A stretch of DNA of 64,000 bases from Macrostomum hystrix (Eukaryota; Animalia; Platyhelminthes). Under the pieces are notes generated by a model, which did no database searches, had not been told where the DNA came from, and saw only the letters and a program-made list of their open reading frames with translations. Positions 39,401 through 54,400 of this stretch are shown here, piece by piece. The stretch's first letter is position 1. Each line of letters starts with the position of its first letter. The stretch is from NCBI GenBank assembly GCA_950097015.1, contig CATNEN010000039.1, positions 2,542,001 to 2,606,000 of the forward strand. The letters are read 5' to 3'. The translations under genes were made by a program, and so were the position numbers.

Positions 39401-42400
39401 CCTGTCAGGATCTCCATCACCTGTGCCCGCTTGTCGCGCTGCTTCTCGTAGAGGTTCTTTGTGTTCTCAGGCAGGCTGTCCAGTTTCTGAGGTGGCGAAA
39501 CGCGTACAAAATCACAAACTCTGGGTAACTTTTGCAGGCCAGTTACCTGCCGTACCCCACATTCTACAAAGTAGGCCCTGCATTCTACAAAGTAGGCCAT
39601 GCATTCTACAAAGTAGGCCATGCATTCTACAAAATAAGCCATGCATTCTACAAAATAAGCCATGCATTCTACAAAGTAGGCCATGCATTCTACAAAATAA
39701 GCCATGCATTCTACAAAATCAGCCATGCATTCTACAAAGTAGGCCATGCATTCTACAAAATAAGCCATGCATTCTACAAAGTAGGCAATGAATTCTACAA
39801 AATAAGCCATGCATTCTACAAAATCAGCTATGCATTCTACAAAATCAGCCATGCATTCTACAAAGTAGGCCATGCATTCTACAAAATAAGCCATGCATTC
39901 TACAAAGTAGGCCATGCGTTCTACAAAATCAGCCATGCATTCTACAAAGTAGGCCATGCATTCTACAAAATAAGCCATGCATTCTACAAAATAAGCCATG
40001 CATTCTACAAAATAAGCCATGCATTCTACAAAGTAGGCCATGCATTCTACAAAATAAGCCATGCATTCTACAAAATAAGCCATGCATTCTACAAAATAAG
40101 CCATGCATTCTACAAAATCAGCCATGCATTCTACAAAATAAGCCATGCATTCTACAAAATCAGCCATGCATTCTACAAAATCAGCCATGCATTCTACAAA
40201 ATAAGCCATGCATTCTACAAAGTAGGCCATGCATTCTACAAAATCAGCCATGCATTCTACAAAATAAGCCATGCATTCTACAAAATAAGCCATGCATTCT
40301 ACAAAATCAGCCATGCATTCTACAAAATAAGCCATGCATTCTACAAAATCAGCCATGCATTCTACAAAATAAGCCATGCATTCTACAAAATCAGCCATGC
40401 ATTCTACAAAATAAGCCATGCATTCTACAAAGTAGGCCATGCATTCTACAAAATAAGCCATGCATTCTACAAAATAAGCCATGCATTCTACAAAATAAGC
40501 CATGCATTCTACAAAATAAGCCATGCATTCTACAAAGTAGGCCATGCATTCTACAAAATAAGCCATGCATTCTACAAAAAAAGCCATGCATTCTACAAAA
40601 TAAGCCATGCATTCTACAAAGTAGGCCATGCATTCTACAAAATAAGCCATGCATTCTACAAAATAAGCCATGCATTCTACAAAATAAGCCATGCATTCTA
40701 CAAAATAAGCCATCCATTCTACAAAATAAGCCATGCATTCTACAAAATAAGCCATGCATTCTACAAAATAAGCCATCCATTCTACAAAATAAGCCATGCA
40801 TTCTACAAAGTAGGCCATGCATTCTACAAAATAAGCCATGCATTCTACAAAATAAGCCATGCATTCTACAAAATCAGCCATGCATTCTACAAAGTAGGCC
40901 ATGCATTCTACAAAATAAGCCATGCATTCTACAAAATAAGCCATGCATTCTACAAAGTAGGCCATGCATTCTACAAAATAAGCCATGCATTCTACAAAGT
41001 AGGCCATGCATTCTACAAAATAAGCCATGCATTCTACAAAATAAGCCATGCATTCTACAAAGTAGGCCATGCATTCTACAAAATAAGCCATGCATTCTAC
41101 AAAATAAGCCATGCATTCTACAAAATAAGCCATGCATTCTACAAAATAAGCCATGCATTCTACAAAATAAGCCATGCATTCTACAAAATAAGCCATGCAT
41201 TCTACAAAGTAGGCCATGCATTCTACAAAATAAGCCATGCATTCTACAAAATAAGCCATGCATTCTACAAAGTAGGCCATGCATTCTACAAAATAAGCCA
41301 TGCATTCTACAAAGTAGGCCATGCATTCTACAAAATAAGCCATGCATTCTACAAAATAAGCCATGCATTCTACAAAGTAGGCCATGCATTCTACAAAATA
41401 AGCCATGCATTCTACAAAATAAGCCATGCATTCTACAAAGTAGGCCATGCATTCTACAAAATAAGCCATGCATTCTACAAAGTAGGCCATGCATTCTACA
41501 AAATAAGCCATGCATTCTACAAAATAAGCCATGCATTCTACAAAGTAGGCCATGCATTCTACAAAATAAGCCATGCATTCTACAAAATAAGCCATGCATT
41601 CTACAAAGTAGGCCATGCATTCTACAAAATAAGCCATGCATTCTACAAAAGTAGGCCATGCATTCTACAAAATAAGCCATGCATTCTACAAAATAAGCCA
41701 TGCATTCTACAAAGTAGGCCATGCATTCTACAAAATAAGCCATGCATTCTACAAAGTAGGCCATGCATTCTACAAAATAAGCCATGCATTCTACAAAATA
41801 AGCCATGCATTCTACAAAGTAGGCCATGCATTCTACAAAATAAGCCATGCATTCTACAAAATAAGCCATGCATTCTACAAAGTAGGCCATGCATTCTACA
41901 AAATAAGCCATGCATTCTACAAAGTAGGCCATGCATTCTACAAAATAAGCCATGCATTCTACAAAATAAGCCATGCATTCTACAAAGTAGGCCATGCATT
42001 CTACAAAATAAGCCATGCATTCTACAAAATAAGCCATGCATTCTACAAAATAAGCCATGCATTCTACAAAATAAGCCATGCATTCTACAAAGTAGGCCAT
42101 GCATTCTACAAAATAAGCCATGCATTCTACAAAGTAGGCCATGCATTCTACAAAATAAGCCATGCATTCTACAAAATAAGCCATGCATTCTACAAAGTAT
42201 GCCATGCATTCTACAAAATAAGCCATGCATTCTACAAAATAAGCCATGCATTCTACAAAGTAGGCCATGCATTCTACAAAATAAGCCATGCATTCTACAA
42301 AGTAGGCCATGCATTCTACAAAATAAGCCATGCATTCTACAAAATAAGCCATGCATTCTACAAAGTAGGCCATGCATTCTACAAAATAAGCCATGCATTC

Positions 42401-45400
42401 TACAAAATAAGCCATGCATTCTACAAAGTAGGCCATGCATTCTACAAAATAAGCCATGCATTCTACAAAGTAGGCCATGCATTCTACAAAATAAGCCATG
42501 CATTCTACAAAATAAGCCATGCATTCTACAAAGTAGGCCATGCATTCTACAAAATAAGCCATGCATTCTACAAAGTAGGCCATGCATTCTACAAAATAAG
42601 CCATGCATTCTACAAAATAAGCCATGCATTCTACAAAGTAGGCCATGCATTCTACAAAATAAGCCATGCATTCTACAAAATAAGCCATGCATTCTACAAA
42701 GTAGGCCATGCATTCTACAAAATAAGCCATGCATTCTACAAAGTAGGCCATGCATTCTACAAAATAAGCCATGCATTCTACAAAATAAGCCATGCATTCT
42801 ACAAAGTAGGCCATGCATTCTACAAAATAAGCCATGCATTCTACAAAGTAGGCCATGCATTCTACAAAATAAGCCATGCATTCTACAAAGTAGGCCATGC
42901 ATTCTACAAAATAAGCCATGCATTCTACAAAATAAGCCATGCATTCTACTAAGGGTCGGCGCGATGTATAAAATGGTGCAAATTAGGGAATTGAACTGTT
43001 ACTTTTAATGAGCCATCATTCGGAACCTCCATTCAAGTACTTTGTGTCAGTGCTCAGCGCTTCAAGATGAGTAAAGGTGCTTAAGTGCATGCAATCAAGT
43101 CGTGCTTTTAGAGCTTATCATGGAAATTAGATTAGTTAAAGCATTACAGCAGAACTATTTATAGCACATTAGGTAAAACACGAACCTACCTTTGAAAGCT
43201 AGAGTTCCAGTGGTAGAGTTGAGAGGTACGAGTACAATAAATATTATATTATATTCTTTCTTAATAGTCTAATAATAGCCTAATAAGTGTCAAACATAAA
43301 ACTCGTACTTTTTCTACGCTGATTTGCAGTTGCTGTGAGTTACTATTTTTCCTTTGCTTTCGCTTTTTTCCTGTAACACCTAAGAGTTCGCTGTGCTCCC
43401 TGACCCGTCTGACCGCACCCACCAATCCGGTTGTCTGGCCCGGCTTGTGCTCGCTAAGTCGGAGTTCTCTGATTGGTTGAAATGCCCTACCCACCCACCC
43501 ACCTGCCCTACCCACCTGTGTGGCTTTAGCCCTAACCCCACTCCCAATCCGCGGCCGACACGATTCGGTTCTGCTGCGGGACGGAGTCGGCGCCTGATTG
43601 GTCAGCCCCGCACCACCTTTCTCTGCCCCGTTTCAGGCGTCACCCTGCTCCAGCGCCCACCCTCCTCCGTCTCGTGCAGTACATGCAGTTAATGTGCAGC
43701 GCACGACCTCCCCCACGCTCAATTCAACAATTTGAGTAGCGTAGAGATGTCGCATACAAGAAAAGGAAGCAAATGCCAGCCACGAAAACGCTCTCGAGCC
43801 GAGCCGAAACGCCTCCAGCGAAGGAGCAGTGCAGCCTCTGACCCCTCCCGGTTAGACTTACCACTTGATCATTTGCAGTCTCGAGTGGCCATCCACTCAC
43901 AGGGATACATTTTTAATTCAGTTTTTGGGATAGGGAGTGTTCGTACTTCCCTTCCTTTCAACTTCCTCCCAACCCTGAAGTGTCTGAACACCTCGACGAT
44001 TGCCGACCCCTCTCCTCCACGATGTTCTTCCACGGTGAAGTCCGGGCGGTCCAGTACTCGAATCCTGTGCATGAACCGCCTGGCTAGTAGCCAGTGCGAA
44101 AATTTGAACCTTAAAACCTATTTTCTAGACCCCGAGACGGGCAGTTCCATGCCTCGCATCGCACGGACTAATCGGTGGGACCTCGAAAAAGGAGAAATTC
44201 TAAAATGTTAAACAGAGAATTCTTACCGACTCGGCATTCACGGAGACTTTGTCGTAGCCCGAGCCGGCAGCTGTCACCAGATCGCTCCCGGTGAGCTCTG
44301 CATGTGGGTTAGATAGGCAGGCCTACGATGCTGTACTTTTAAATGACTATTGAACTGGACTTCGGTCCATCGTGTCCAAGACTTCTGATGAAACTTACGC
44401 GCAATGGTCTGTCTACTGTTGGCGATGACAACCGCCGCCACACTCTGAATGCCCTTGTTAGAGTCCAGCAGGTTGCCCTTGTACAGAGTGCTGATCAGGT
44501 CCGCCTTGCCAGAGAGAACGTCGGCTATGATCTTCTCGGCCAGAACAACCGTCGGATGGTGTGTCTGAAGACAATTGGGTGTGTCTGATGAGAATTGGGT
44601 GTGTCTGAAGAGAATTGGGTGTGTCTGAAGAGAATTGGGTGGTCTGAAGACAATTGGGCGTGTCTCAAGAGAATTGGGTGTGTCCGACCAATCAGTCACT
44701 CACCGTCACCGTCCGGAAGCAGTGCTTCACGAATGCGCCCAGCCTGTCAGTTGCGATGACGCAGACCGTCTGCTCCAGCTCGAAGTATGGAAACGTCCCT
44801 ATGAACTCAGGAGTCTTTGAGAAGCCAATCATTGTGCCGATGGTTGTGGCGTTGGTGTCCGGTTGAACTGCGAATGCGATGAAAAGGCTATTCTCTTTCT
44901 TAGGTTTCTAAAGAGCTTGAGAGTCTAGTGACTTAGTCTGGTGAGACTCACCGCCGTGAGTAGGGGCTACTCAGGCACAAACTGACAGGACTCGATGCTG
45001 TCCCAGTAGGGGGCTACTCAGGCACAAACTGACAGGACTCGATGCTGTCCCAGTAAGGGGCTACTCAGGCACAAACTGACAGGACTCGATGCTGTCCCAG
45101 TAGGGGGCTACTCACGCACAAACTGACAGGACTCGATGCTGTCCCAGTAGGGGGCTACTCAGGCACAAACTGACAGGACTCGATGCTGTCCCAGTAGGGG
45201 GCTACTCAGGCACAAACTGACAGGACTCGATGCTGTCCCAGTAGGGGGCTACTCAGGCACAAGCTGACAGGACTCGATGCTGTCCCAGTAGGGGGCTACT
45301 CAGGCACAAACTGACAGGACTCGATGCTGTCCCAGTAGGGGGCTACTCACGCACAAACTGACAGGACTCGATGCTGTCCCAGTAGGGGGCTACTCAGGCA

Positions 45401-48400
45401 CAAACTGACAGGACTCGATGCTGTCCCAGTAGGGGGCTACTCAGGCACAAACTGACAGGACTCGATGCTGTCCCAGTAGGGGGCTACTCAGGCACAAACT
45501 GACAGGACTCGATGCTGTCCCAGTAGGGGGCTACTCACGCACAAACTGACAGGACTCGATGCTGTCCCAGTAGGGGGCTACTCAGGCACAAACTGACAGG
45601 ACTCGATGCTGTCCCAGTAGGGGGCTACTCAGGCACAAACTGACAGGACTCGATGCTGTCCCAGTAGGGGGCTACTCAGGCACAAACTGACAGGACTCGA
45701 TGCTGTCCCAGTAGGGGGCTACTCAGGCACAAACTGACAGGACTCGATGCTGTCCCAGTAGGGGGCTACTCACGCACAAACTGACAGGACTCGATGCTGT
45801 CCCAGTAGGGGGCTACTCAGGCACAAACTGACAGGACTCGATGCTGTCCCAGTAGGGGGCTACTCAGGCACAAACTGACAGGACTCGATGCTGTCCCAGT
45901 AGGGGGCTACTCAGGCACAAACTGACAGGACTCGATGCTGTCCCAGTAGGGAGCTACTCAGGCACAAACTGACAGGACTCGATGCTGTCCCAGTAGGGAG
46001 CTACTCAGGCACAAACTGACAGGACTCGATGCTGTCCCAGTAGGGAGCTACTCAGGCACAAACTGACAGGACTCGATGCTGTCCCAGTAAAGGGCTACTC
46101 AGGCACAAACTGACAGGACTCGATGCTGTCCCAGTAGGGAGCTACTCAGGCACAAACTGACAGGACTCGATGCTGTCCCAGTAGGGAGCTACTCAGGCAC
46201 AAACTGACAGGACTCGATGCTGTCCCAGTAGGGGGCTACTCAGGCACAAACTGACACGACTCGATGCTGTCCCAGTAGGGGGCTACTCAGGCACAAACTG
46301 ACAGGACTCGATGCTGTCCCAGTAGGGGGCTACTCACGCATAAACTGATACGACTCGATGCCGTCCGTGTCGTTAAAGCCAGTGCAGTTGATGCGAAAGA
46401 CAGTAACTCCAGCTGTGCCATTGGTTCCATTGAGGTTGCAAACACCCACAGCAGGTATGGTGTTAGCGAACAACAAGATGCAGCCCTGACCTTCCTTCTC
46501 TGTACCTCTTAGCGACGTCAGGCAAATGCGGAATCTTCGCGAGCCCGATGGTACCGAGTCGAACAGCTTGGGTATTACCGTCACTTCTGAGCGGCTTGAT
46601 CCTGGAGGGTGCCGAGGTCAGGTTTATGGGCAAACTCTGTGGTTCTGGTGTTTCCAATAAAAGCAGATCGGTTCCATTGGTATGGTATAGGTATTTTAAA
46701 TTACCTATTTGAAAAGCACAGGCCTATCAAGAAGCTGAGACATGCGCTAGCTCTCACCCTCAATGTAGAGGTATGAATAAGCCGAGTCGATCTGCTTCCA
46801 GTCAGTGCCGTTCAGGAATTCCATGGTCCACAGATTGTCGCTGCAGATTCCCGCGCCCGAGGGGCCGCACAGACCAGCCAGCTGAATAACGTCGGATGGA
46901 TTGATCAGCTGATATCCCGGCATGGTCCGAAGCGGGGTGCAGTCAACGCCCGTGCGACACCTGAATATCAGAGGTGCGAACTGAGGTGTTGATGTCGATT
47001 TGTCGCTGAGCTTACAGTCACCAATCCCTATGTAGTGCCTGTGTTTCTCAGGTCGACTGCTCGCCAAGGCCGTTGTGTTTGAAGCCGGTTTGTTTGAACC
47101 CTCCTCCCCCGTCCCTGCTCAGGCTGCCCTGTGCCGCTATCCGATTGGCTGGGTGCGGGCCTTGTCTTTCAACCCTTACCCCAGCCCTGCGTGGCTTTGC
47201 CCCTCCCCGCCAATCAGCTCTGCGTAGCTTTGCCCGTCCACCCGGCCAGCGCGTACAACCCTCCCCTCCCTGCACGCTGGTGGCTTGACTCTGTTTGTGC
47301 ACCGCCTCCCTTGTCTGCCCCCCTGCTGCCCTATTTGTTTGTCAATATCTGCCCGTGCCGGGGCAACCGCGCTCGCTCCCGCGAACTTTATGATTCTGTA
47401 AAGACGGTCTCTTGCTGCGAAGTCTCAAGGTATTGCATACAAATACACAGAAATCCTGTCATCCTGTCATTCTGCGCTCCGACCGGTTAGCGCTGCATTC
47501 GTGTCTGTTTCATTTCGTAGTGCTCCGTTCTCCGTACAGGCCTGTATCTTTATTAGAAGTGCTGTATGAGCGTCCTAACGCCACATGCAGTCACTACACA
47601 TACCTACTGGACAGTCACTACACATACCTACTGGACAGTCACTACACATACCTACTGGACAGTCACTACACACACCTACTGGACAGTCACTACACATACC
47701 TACTGGACAGTCACTACACATACCTACTGGACAGTCACTACACATACCTACTGGACAGTCACTACACATACCTACTGGACAGTCACTACACATACCTACT
47801 GGACAGTCACTACACATACCTACTGGACAGTCACTACACATACCTACTGGACAGTCACTACACATACCTACTGGACAGTCACTACACATACCTACTGGAC
47901 AGTCACTACACATACCTACTGGACAGTCACTACACATACCTACTGGACAGTCACTACACATACCTACTGGACAGTCACTACACATACCTACTGGACAGTC
48001 ACTACACATACCTACTGGACAGTCACTACACATACCTACTGGACAGTCACTACACATACCTACTGGACAGTCACTACACATACCTACTGGACAGTCACTA
48101 CACATACCTACTGGACAGTCACTACACATACCTACTGGACAGTCATTACACATACCTACTGGACAGTCACTACACATACCTACTGGACAGTCACTACACA
48201 TACCTACTGGACAGTCACTACACATACCTACTGGACAGTCATTACACATACCTACTGGACAGTCACTACACATACCTACTGGACAGTCACTACACATACC
48301 TACTGGACAGTCACTACACATACCTACTGGACAGTCACTACACATACCTACTGGACAGTCACTACACATACCTACTGGACAGTCACTACACATACCTACT

Positions 48401-51400
48401 GGACAGTCACTACACATACCTACTGGACAGTCACTACACATACCTACTGGCAGTCACTACACATACCTACTGGAAACAAAATACTACTTGTGAAATTACT
48501 CTATATTATATGAATATAGTTCGAGTATTTCTATTTTGGTTACTCCAATAAATGACTATCAACGGGACATTGACGAGTTTTGAGTGCATTAGCAGTTAGC
48601 TTACCTGACATTCACTTCAGTGGGGTCTGTTGCGACGATTTCCATTTGAATTGTGGCGTCCCCGCTTCTACTGCCCTTGAAGCCTTGGACCCGGAACATA
48701 TAGGTTTGGTTGATCATCAAGTTCTGACCCGGAAAGCAGAAGGTGCCCTCTGTAGTGTTAATGTAGCCTGGACCCACTCCGAAGCAGCCGTAGAGTGGAG
48801 GCGTGTAGTTGCTCAAGCTTGCAAAGCTAAACAGCGGGTTCTGCACCGGAGTTCGGCTTTTCAGCGCTGGCGCCGCTTCATTCTTCATGTAGCAGTGATA
48901 GGTCCAGTTGCCGATTCCCTGGTCAGCTGCTTGCGGGCTCACCACATCCGGGTCGTTGGAGAAGCTGTACGGATCGAGGCAGATGCGTTGCCTAACACCC
49001 CTCCTCACTAGGCTCATCCCGCCCTGGGTGAACGAAATCACCAATGGGGAGTTCACTATTTGCAAGTAGATCTGCACGTTGCTTGAGAACTCCTCCAATG
49101 TGATGCTCTTGTTCATGACGACCTTGGCTGATACTATGTAGAGGCCTATCTCCAAGAAGTGCTTCGGCAGTGCCAGGATCGTATTGCGATAGGTCGCGAG
49201 CTTTGACGCGTCGATGCTTTCGATCGGCCTTTTCGTGGCCTCGTCGATCCTGGTGATATTCCACTCGCGCACATTCTGCATTGTGACGGGGCAGTCCAGA
49301 CTATTCACAATGCATTCTATTGTGACAACCTCCGAGCGCAGGGCGCGCATCGGGTTCTCATAGTTGGTGTACTCTGTGTCCTTCATTGTCAGCACTGGCG
49401 GTCTACAGTTAGTAAGGGACACGGCTATCACAGCTGTGTAGTAAAGCGAGATGAAGTCATTGCAGGCGATCGCTTTGACATTGTACGAGTTTTGCAAAGG
49501 ATAGATTACGCTGAAGTTCAGTGCATTGTTTTCAATATATTGACCAGTGAAATTGTAATTTGTAGCATTCCTCAAGCAGCCACTCCTGCAGCTGGACGGT
49601 CCGAATAGGAACCTCTGGTCCTGCAGGCCCAGGTCCACCTGTATGCAGGTATCTTGGGAAATCATATCCCAGGCAAGGTCGATATGCCGCCGTATTCCAG
49701 GTTTTGTGACCCCTTCGCGATCTACGAAGCGACCGTTCAGAATGTTGCCGCCAATCGTGATGTTGGCCCGAAAGGTGGCGTTGAACAGGGGGTTCCAGGC
49801 AACCAGGTAAACCTCATATTCGCCTGTCTGGAATGCAGGGTTTTGTAGTGGGAATGAAACCAGAGCTATAAGTTGTCTAAATTGGGCAGCAATGAAAAGC
49901 TGGGAAATAGGGCAGCTCACATCGTTCATATACTGGAACACGTCTTGAGTCCTGTTGAAGGAAACGAACTCAGTTGTAGAGACCACTGGGTACTTAGCTA
50001 TGAGTAGGCGATATCCCTCCACGAAGCCTGGAAATTGCCGAAAAAATCACCTGAATGAGCACAATGTCTTTTGGAGGGCTGAATTAGTACAGTCAATGCT
50101 GGATAGTAAATGCTGTTGTGACATAAACAAGAGGTTTTGTTAACTTTTTTTAGATATTGAATAAAAACTGCACTGACGAAGCTTACCTGACGATACAAAA
50201 GGCTGCAGAACAATTTGCGTCCTGCTGGGGAAAATTAGCCTTTGATTGCCGTAGCCGCTTTGGACTGCCGAGTCTGCTGTCAGCCGGTACCAGATTGACG
50301 TGTTCAGTTGACTGATGCTGTCAAACATGCCGACCTGTTGCAGATGTTCAAATTAAGTAAATTTCAAACTCTGAGTCCAACGCCTCTCAGGTTTGGAACT
50401 GCTCAATCCGGATCGCGAGTGCAACGCCTCTCAGGTTTGGGACTGCTCACTCCGGATCGCGAGTCCAACGCCTCTCAGGTTTGGGACTACTCACTCCGGA
50501 TCGCGAGTCCAACGCCTCTCAGGTTTGGGACTGCTCACTCCGGATCGCGAGTCCAACGCCTCTCAGGTTTGGAACTGCTCAATCCCGATCGCGAGTCCAA
50601 CAACTCTCAGGTTTGGAACTGCTCAATCCGGATCGCGAGTCCAACAACTCTCAGGTTTGGGACTACTCACTCCGGATCGCGAGTCCAACAACTCTCAGGT
50701 TTGGGACTACTCACTCCGGATCGCGAGTCCAACGCCTCTCAGGTTTGGGACTGCTCACTCCGGATCGCGAGTGCAAGAACTCTCAGGTTTGGGACTGCTC
50801 ACCTCCAGCTGTTTACTATTGTTTAATATTCAGAAATTGGCTGCTAGAGTAGGTGTACTAACCTCAAAATTAAGAGTGATGTTGCTGCCGTTATTAAATA
50901 TGTAGAATCTGAACGACTTGTAGCCCGCACTGGCGAAGTTGTAGTGTACTGTTGTCAAGGGAAATTTAAATTGAGTTCTGTTCACCCCATTGCCACTCTC
51001 GTCTGTAATTTCAATAACTGAGCCGTCGGGCTGGTCTTCAGGCAGTCCATTGTAGCTTATGTTGAACTGAACTGGCGCTGTTTGTTACAAGATGGTGGGC
51101 GAAAAAAACAATTTTCGTTTTGATTTTTTTCCTTTTTTAAATTCTCAGAAATCCGAATTGTTGGGCCTACCTCCGAAGATTTGGTCACCACTTTTAGAAA
51201 TGCTTATAGTGCTGCTTGATATCGGATTCACAATGGTCACATTGACATCCCTGAAGTAGCATTGTGCCGGATTGCAGATGGTTACTTGCAGGCGTCTACT
51301 GCCCACGGTCGTGTATGTGTAGTTCATGACCTTCGTGTCACCCATCGTTATGTCTGCAATTACAGAAGCGAGCGGCAGCGTTGGCATCGTTTTCATGAGG

Positions 51401-54400
51401 CATCAAAATACTCAAGATCGCGTTTGTCATGCGAGCTTACAACTTACTGTCAAAGGAAGAATTCAGCAGCATATCTCCGTTTCCCGGATCCAGTGTGACC
51501 AACACATTGGAGCCCGTGTCCATGCGGATGACCACGCGAACTGGCTGACCTTTCGCAACCACTGGCGAGATGAACTCCACGCTCAGGTTGGTGATTGGCA
51601 TCTCCACAGACAGGCTGCACGAGTTGCTGGCAGCGCTAACGCTGTTGTTGGCAAAGAAGGACACATTGTAGACTCCGAGCTTGTTGAATGTGTGATTGTA
51701 AAACTTGTTGGTCATGAGATCTTGAAGTGGCTCAGTAGATCCATCGTCCCAGTTGAAGCTGACTGTGGTCTTGGCTGGCTCGGCGCCCGATACTGCATAG
51801 ACTCTGAAGCCCACAGGTGAGTTCAAAGGCGCTCCTCTTGGACAGTCCGCTGCCATGTTACCCAGCGGTGCAATCACGTAGATAGTCTTGGTAAGCAGCG
51901 CAGAACCGAGCCGGTTGCTAATGGTAACTGTCACATCGTAGGTGCTGCCGCTAGTGAAAGTGTGGCTAACCATCAGCGGCTGCTGCCAGCTCTGCTCTGG
52001 TCCAGTGGTCATGTTCGTCACATTCCCGTCCTTGAAGTCGATTTGTATTGTCAGTCCGCTTCCGGAGAGCATGTTAATGGTGAACTGTGTACTTGAATTG
52101 ACCATTATCTCACTAATAGTCACATTCAGGATTGCACCGACTATGGGTTCAAGGATCTGAAAATCTTCGGTCGAACTTGACGAGCTCACGCGATTCACGG
52201 CTGACCAGTTCGCTATGTAGCTGCCAATAGTTGAGAAAGAACCGTACTGACCAACTGTGCCATTCTGACCAGCCGCATTGTACGTCGTATTCAAGATTGT
52301 TATTGACACATTGGGATTTGTGCCGCTTCCAGTCAGGTAGGTTACGTTGAACATGGTATTCACCGCAGCAGCCTTAGTTAATAGTAAGAAGCCGGTTATG
52401 GGGTACTCAACGTACAGCAGCTGCCTCCTGGTGTCGTTGCTGGCCAGATTGTGGCAGTTGACGCTCACCTCATAATTGCCTACTTGGCCCAGTGGATCAA
52501 TTGAGAAGTTGCTCCCGCTGGCAGTGTTGCTGCTAGTGATTGTCCCACTGGGCAGCAGGCTGGTGGTGTAAGAGCAGTTCACGGCAGTTGGATACAGCAA
52601 AACGGAATTAACGGGTGAACTTTGGCCAAAGGTTTGCGACTGCACCAACAAGTCGATGATTACAACGCGAAAGCAGACAAAAAACTCTGTGGTGTTACGC
52701 AGCACTTGGAACGGTGTGCTGACCGTGACGCTGGCATTTGACGGTCCCTCCCTAGTAAAAGTGTGACGCACTTGATCCGTGTCATTCAGGTTGTAAGTAG
52801 TTCCATCCCCAATGACCCAGATGTAGTTGGCGAATGTTCCCGTGTGTGGCTCAAGCTGCAATACTGAGGATTCATTCACGAAATAAAAGTTTCTGTGCAC
52901 AATGATGCTGGCATTAAATGCATCCTGTACGAAAACGGTTCTGCTGAGGCTGCTCACACTGGATGCATCATACAATTGCGTCAGGTTGACCGTAACTGTA
53001 TAGTTCCCAACAGCCGTGTAGGTCTTATTCAGTTGATAAGTCTGGGACTTAAAGGGCCTGGCCACCGCGGACACCTGATGCCGCCGGTCCGATTGAGTCC
53101 AGGAGCTCGCAAGCAGCAGATCCGCCAATGTCGGCTCCGAACGAACCTGGACCTGGTCCGAGCTGTCACTTGGCAGTGGCTGGCTGGCCTTCACAAAGCT
53201 GGCTGTGTTCGTGTAGAAACCGACCCTGTCACCTGGGAACACCTGAAGGTCAGAATAGTTGGCTAGGGCCGGTCTGAAATGGTTGTAGCCGGCGCTAATG
53301 TTCACGTTTTGGTAGATCGCTGCCACAGTGTAGTTCTGGGTGGCGACCTGCTTCCTGCTGACGTAGGTCTGGTTCGAAACGATGGTCATGGAGCAGGTGG
53401 CCGAGGCGCTGCAGGTGTCCTCGCGTGTGCAGTAGGTCGAGCCGGAGCTACAGTTGGGTCTGAGGATCTGTGGACATTGGATGGAGAACAAACAATAAAC
53501 TTTATAGTGAAATATCTAACATTCTTTCCTGCTTCTCTTTCCGATCTCCTCTACAACTACAACAACGACAATACAGCAAAGGACTGCTCCCGCCAGCCGC
53601 GCGGTGGCCAAAAAGGTGGGAGGAGTCAGAAAGCGCGTCTCTGGGCGAAAGGCCTCAAAAAGTCACACCCGCTAGCTTAGACCGGGGTGCCAGAATTTCT
53701 CAGAAGCCGGTCATGAAATCTCGCCGTTCGCCCTTGGCCTCGCCTGCGCGGTCCCTGCAGCTTGAGCAGCAGCACATCGTGTAGCGGCTCAGGCCAGCGG
53801 GCGCGCCGACCGGATGTCTTCGGAGAAATCTCTTCTGATTTCTCAATATTTCACATTTTCAAGTTCGAGTTCAAACTAGTACTAAATGTGCCCCAGAGAT
53901 TTGTTGCTGGTGCCATTCCTGCTTGTTGTCTCATTCCTGCTGCTTGGTGGTTTAGACCTGACGTGGGCTTTTGCGCTGTTCGCGCTTGCGGGGTTTTCAT
54001 CTCGGTAGTCACAATATTTGGTTTTTTTTGCAGGAGGGCTGCAGCATTTGGTGACACTAGACACGAAGCCAGCGAGAGGCTACTCTGCCCATTTCGCTGA
54101 CTCCAGAGAACACCACCACGCACACAGATACCGTACGCTGGCACACACTCACACATGTGTGAGTGTGTACATCTGCCCTGACTTGCATCGTCAGGCAGCG
54201 TACACTTTCCTTGGAGGTTGGCCCTCGAAGACGTAAATTACACGACAAGCCCCCAAGCGTTCTATCCGCGGCTGTGCCCCAAATCAATGTGTCCCCGGCG
54301 CGGAATCGAGCTCAGGGATCCTCGTGCGATACGCAAGCGCGTTATTGCCACTCGTCCCTTCTTGGAAGACACAGTATAATAGCCTCTCCCAAAGCAGCGT

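Noticed and set aside
39532-43008. HAFYKIS / PCILQNK repeat ORFs
   Set aside because: Satellite frames with no unique coding context.
47412-48551. ORFs open in four frames
   Set aside because: The 24-bp unit simply lacks stops in those frames.
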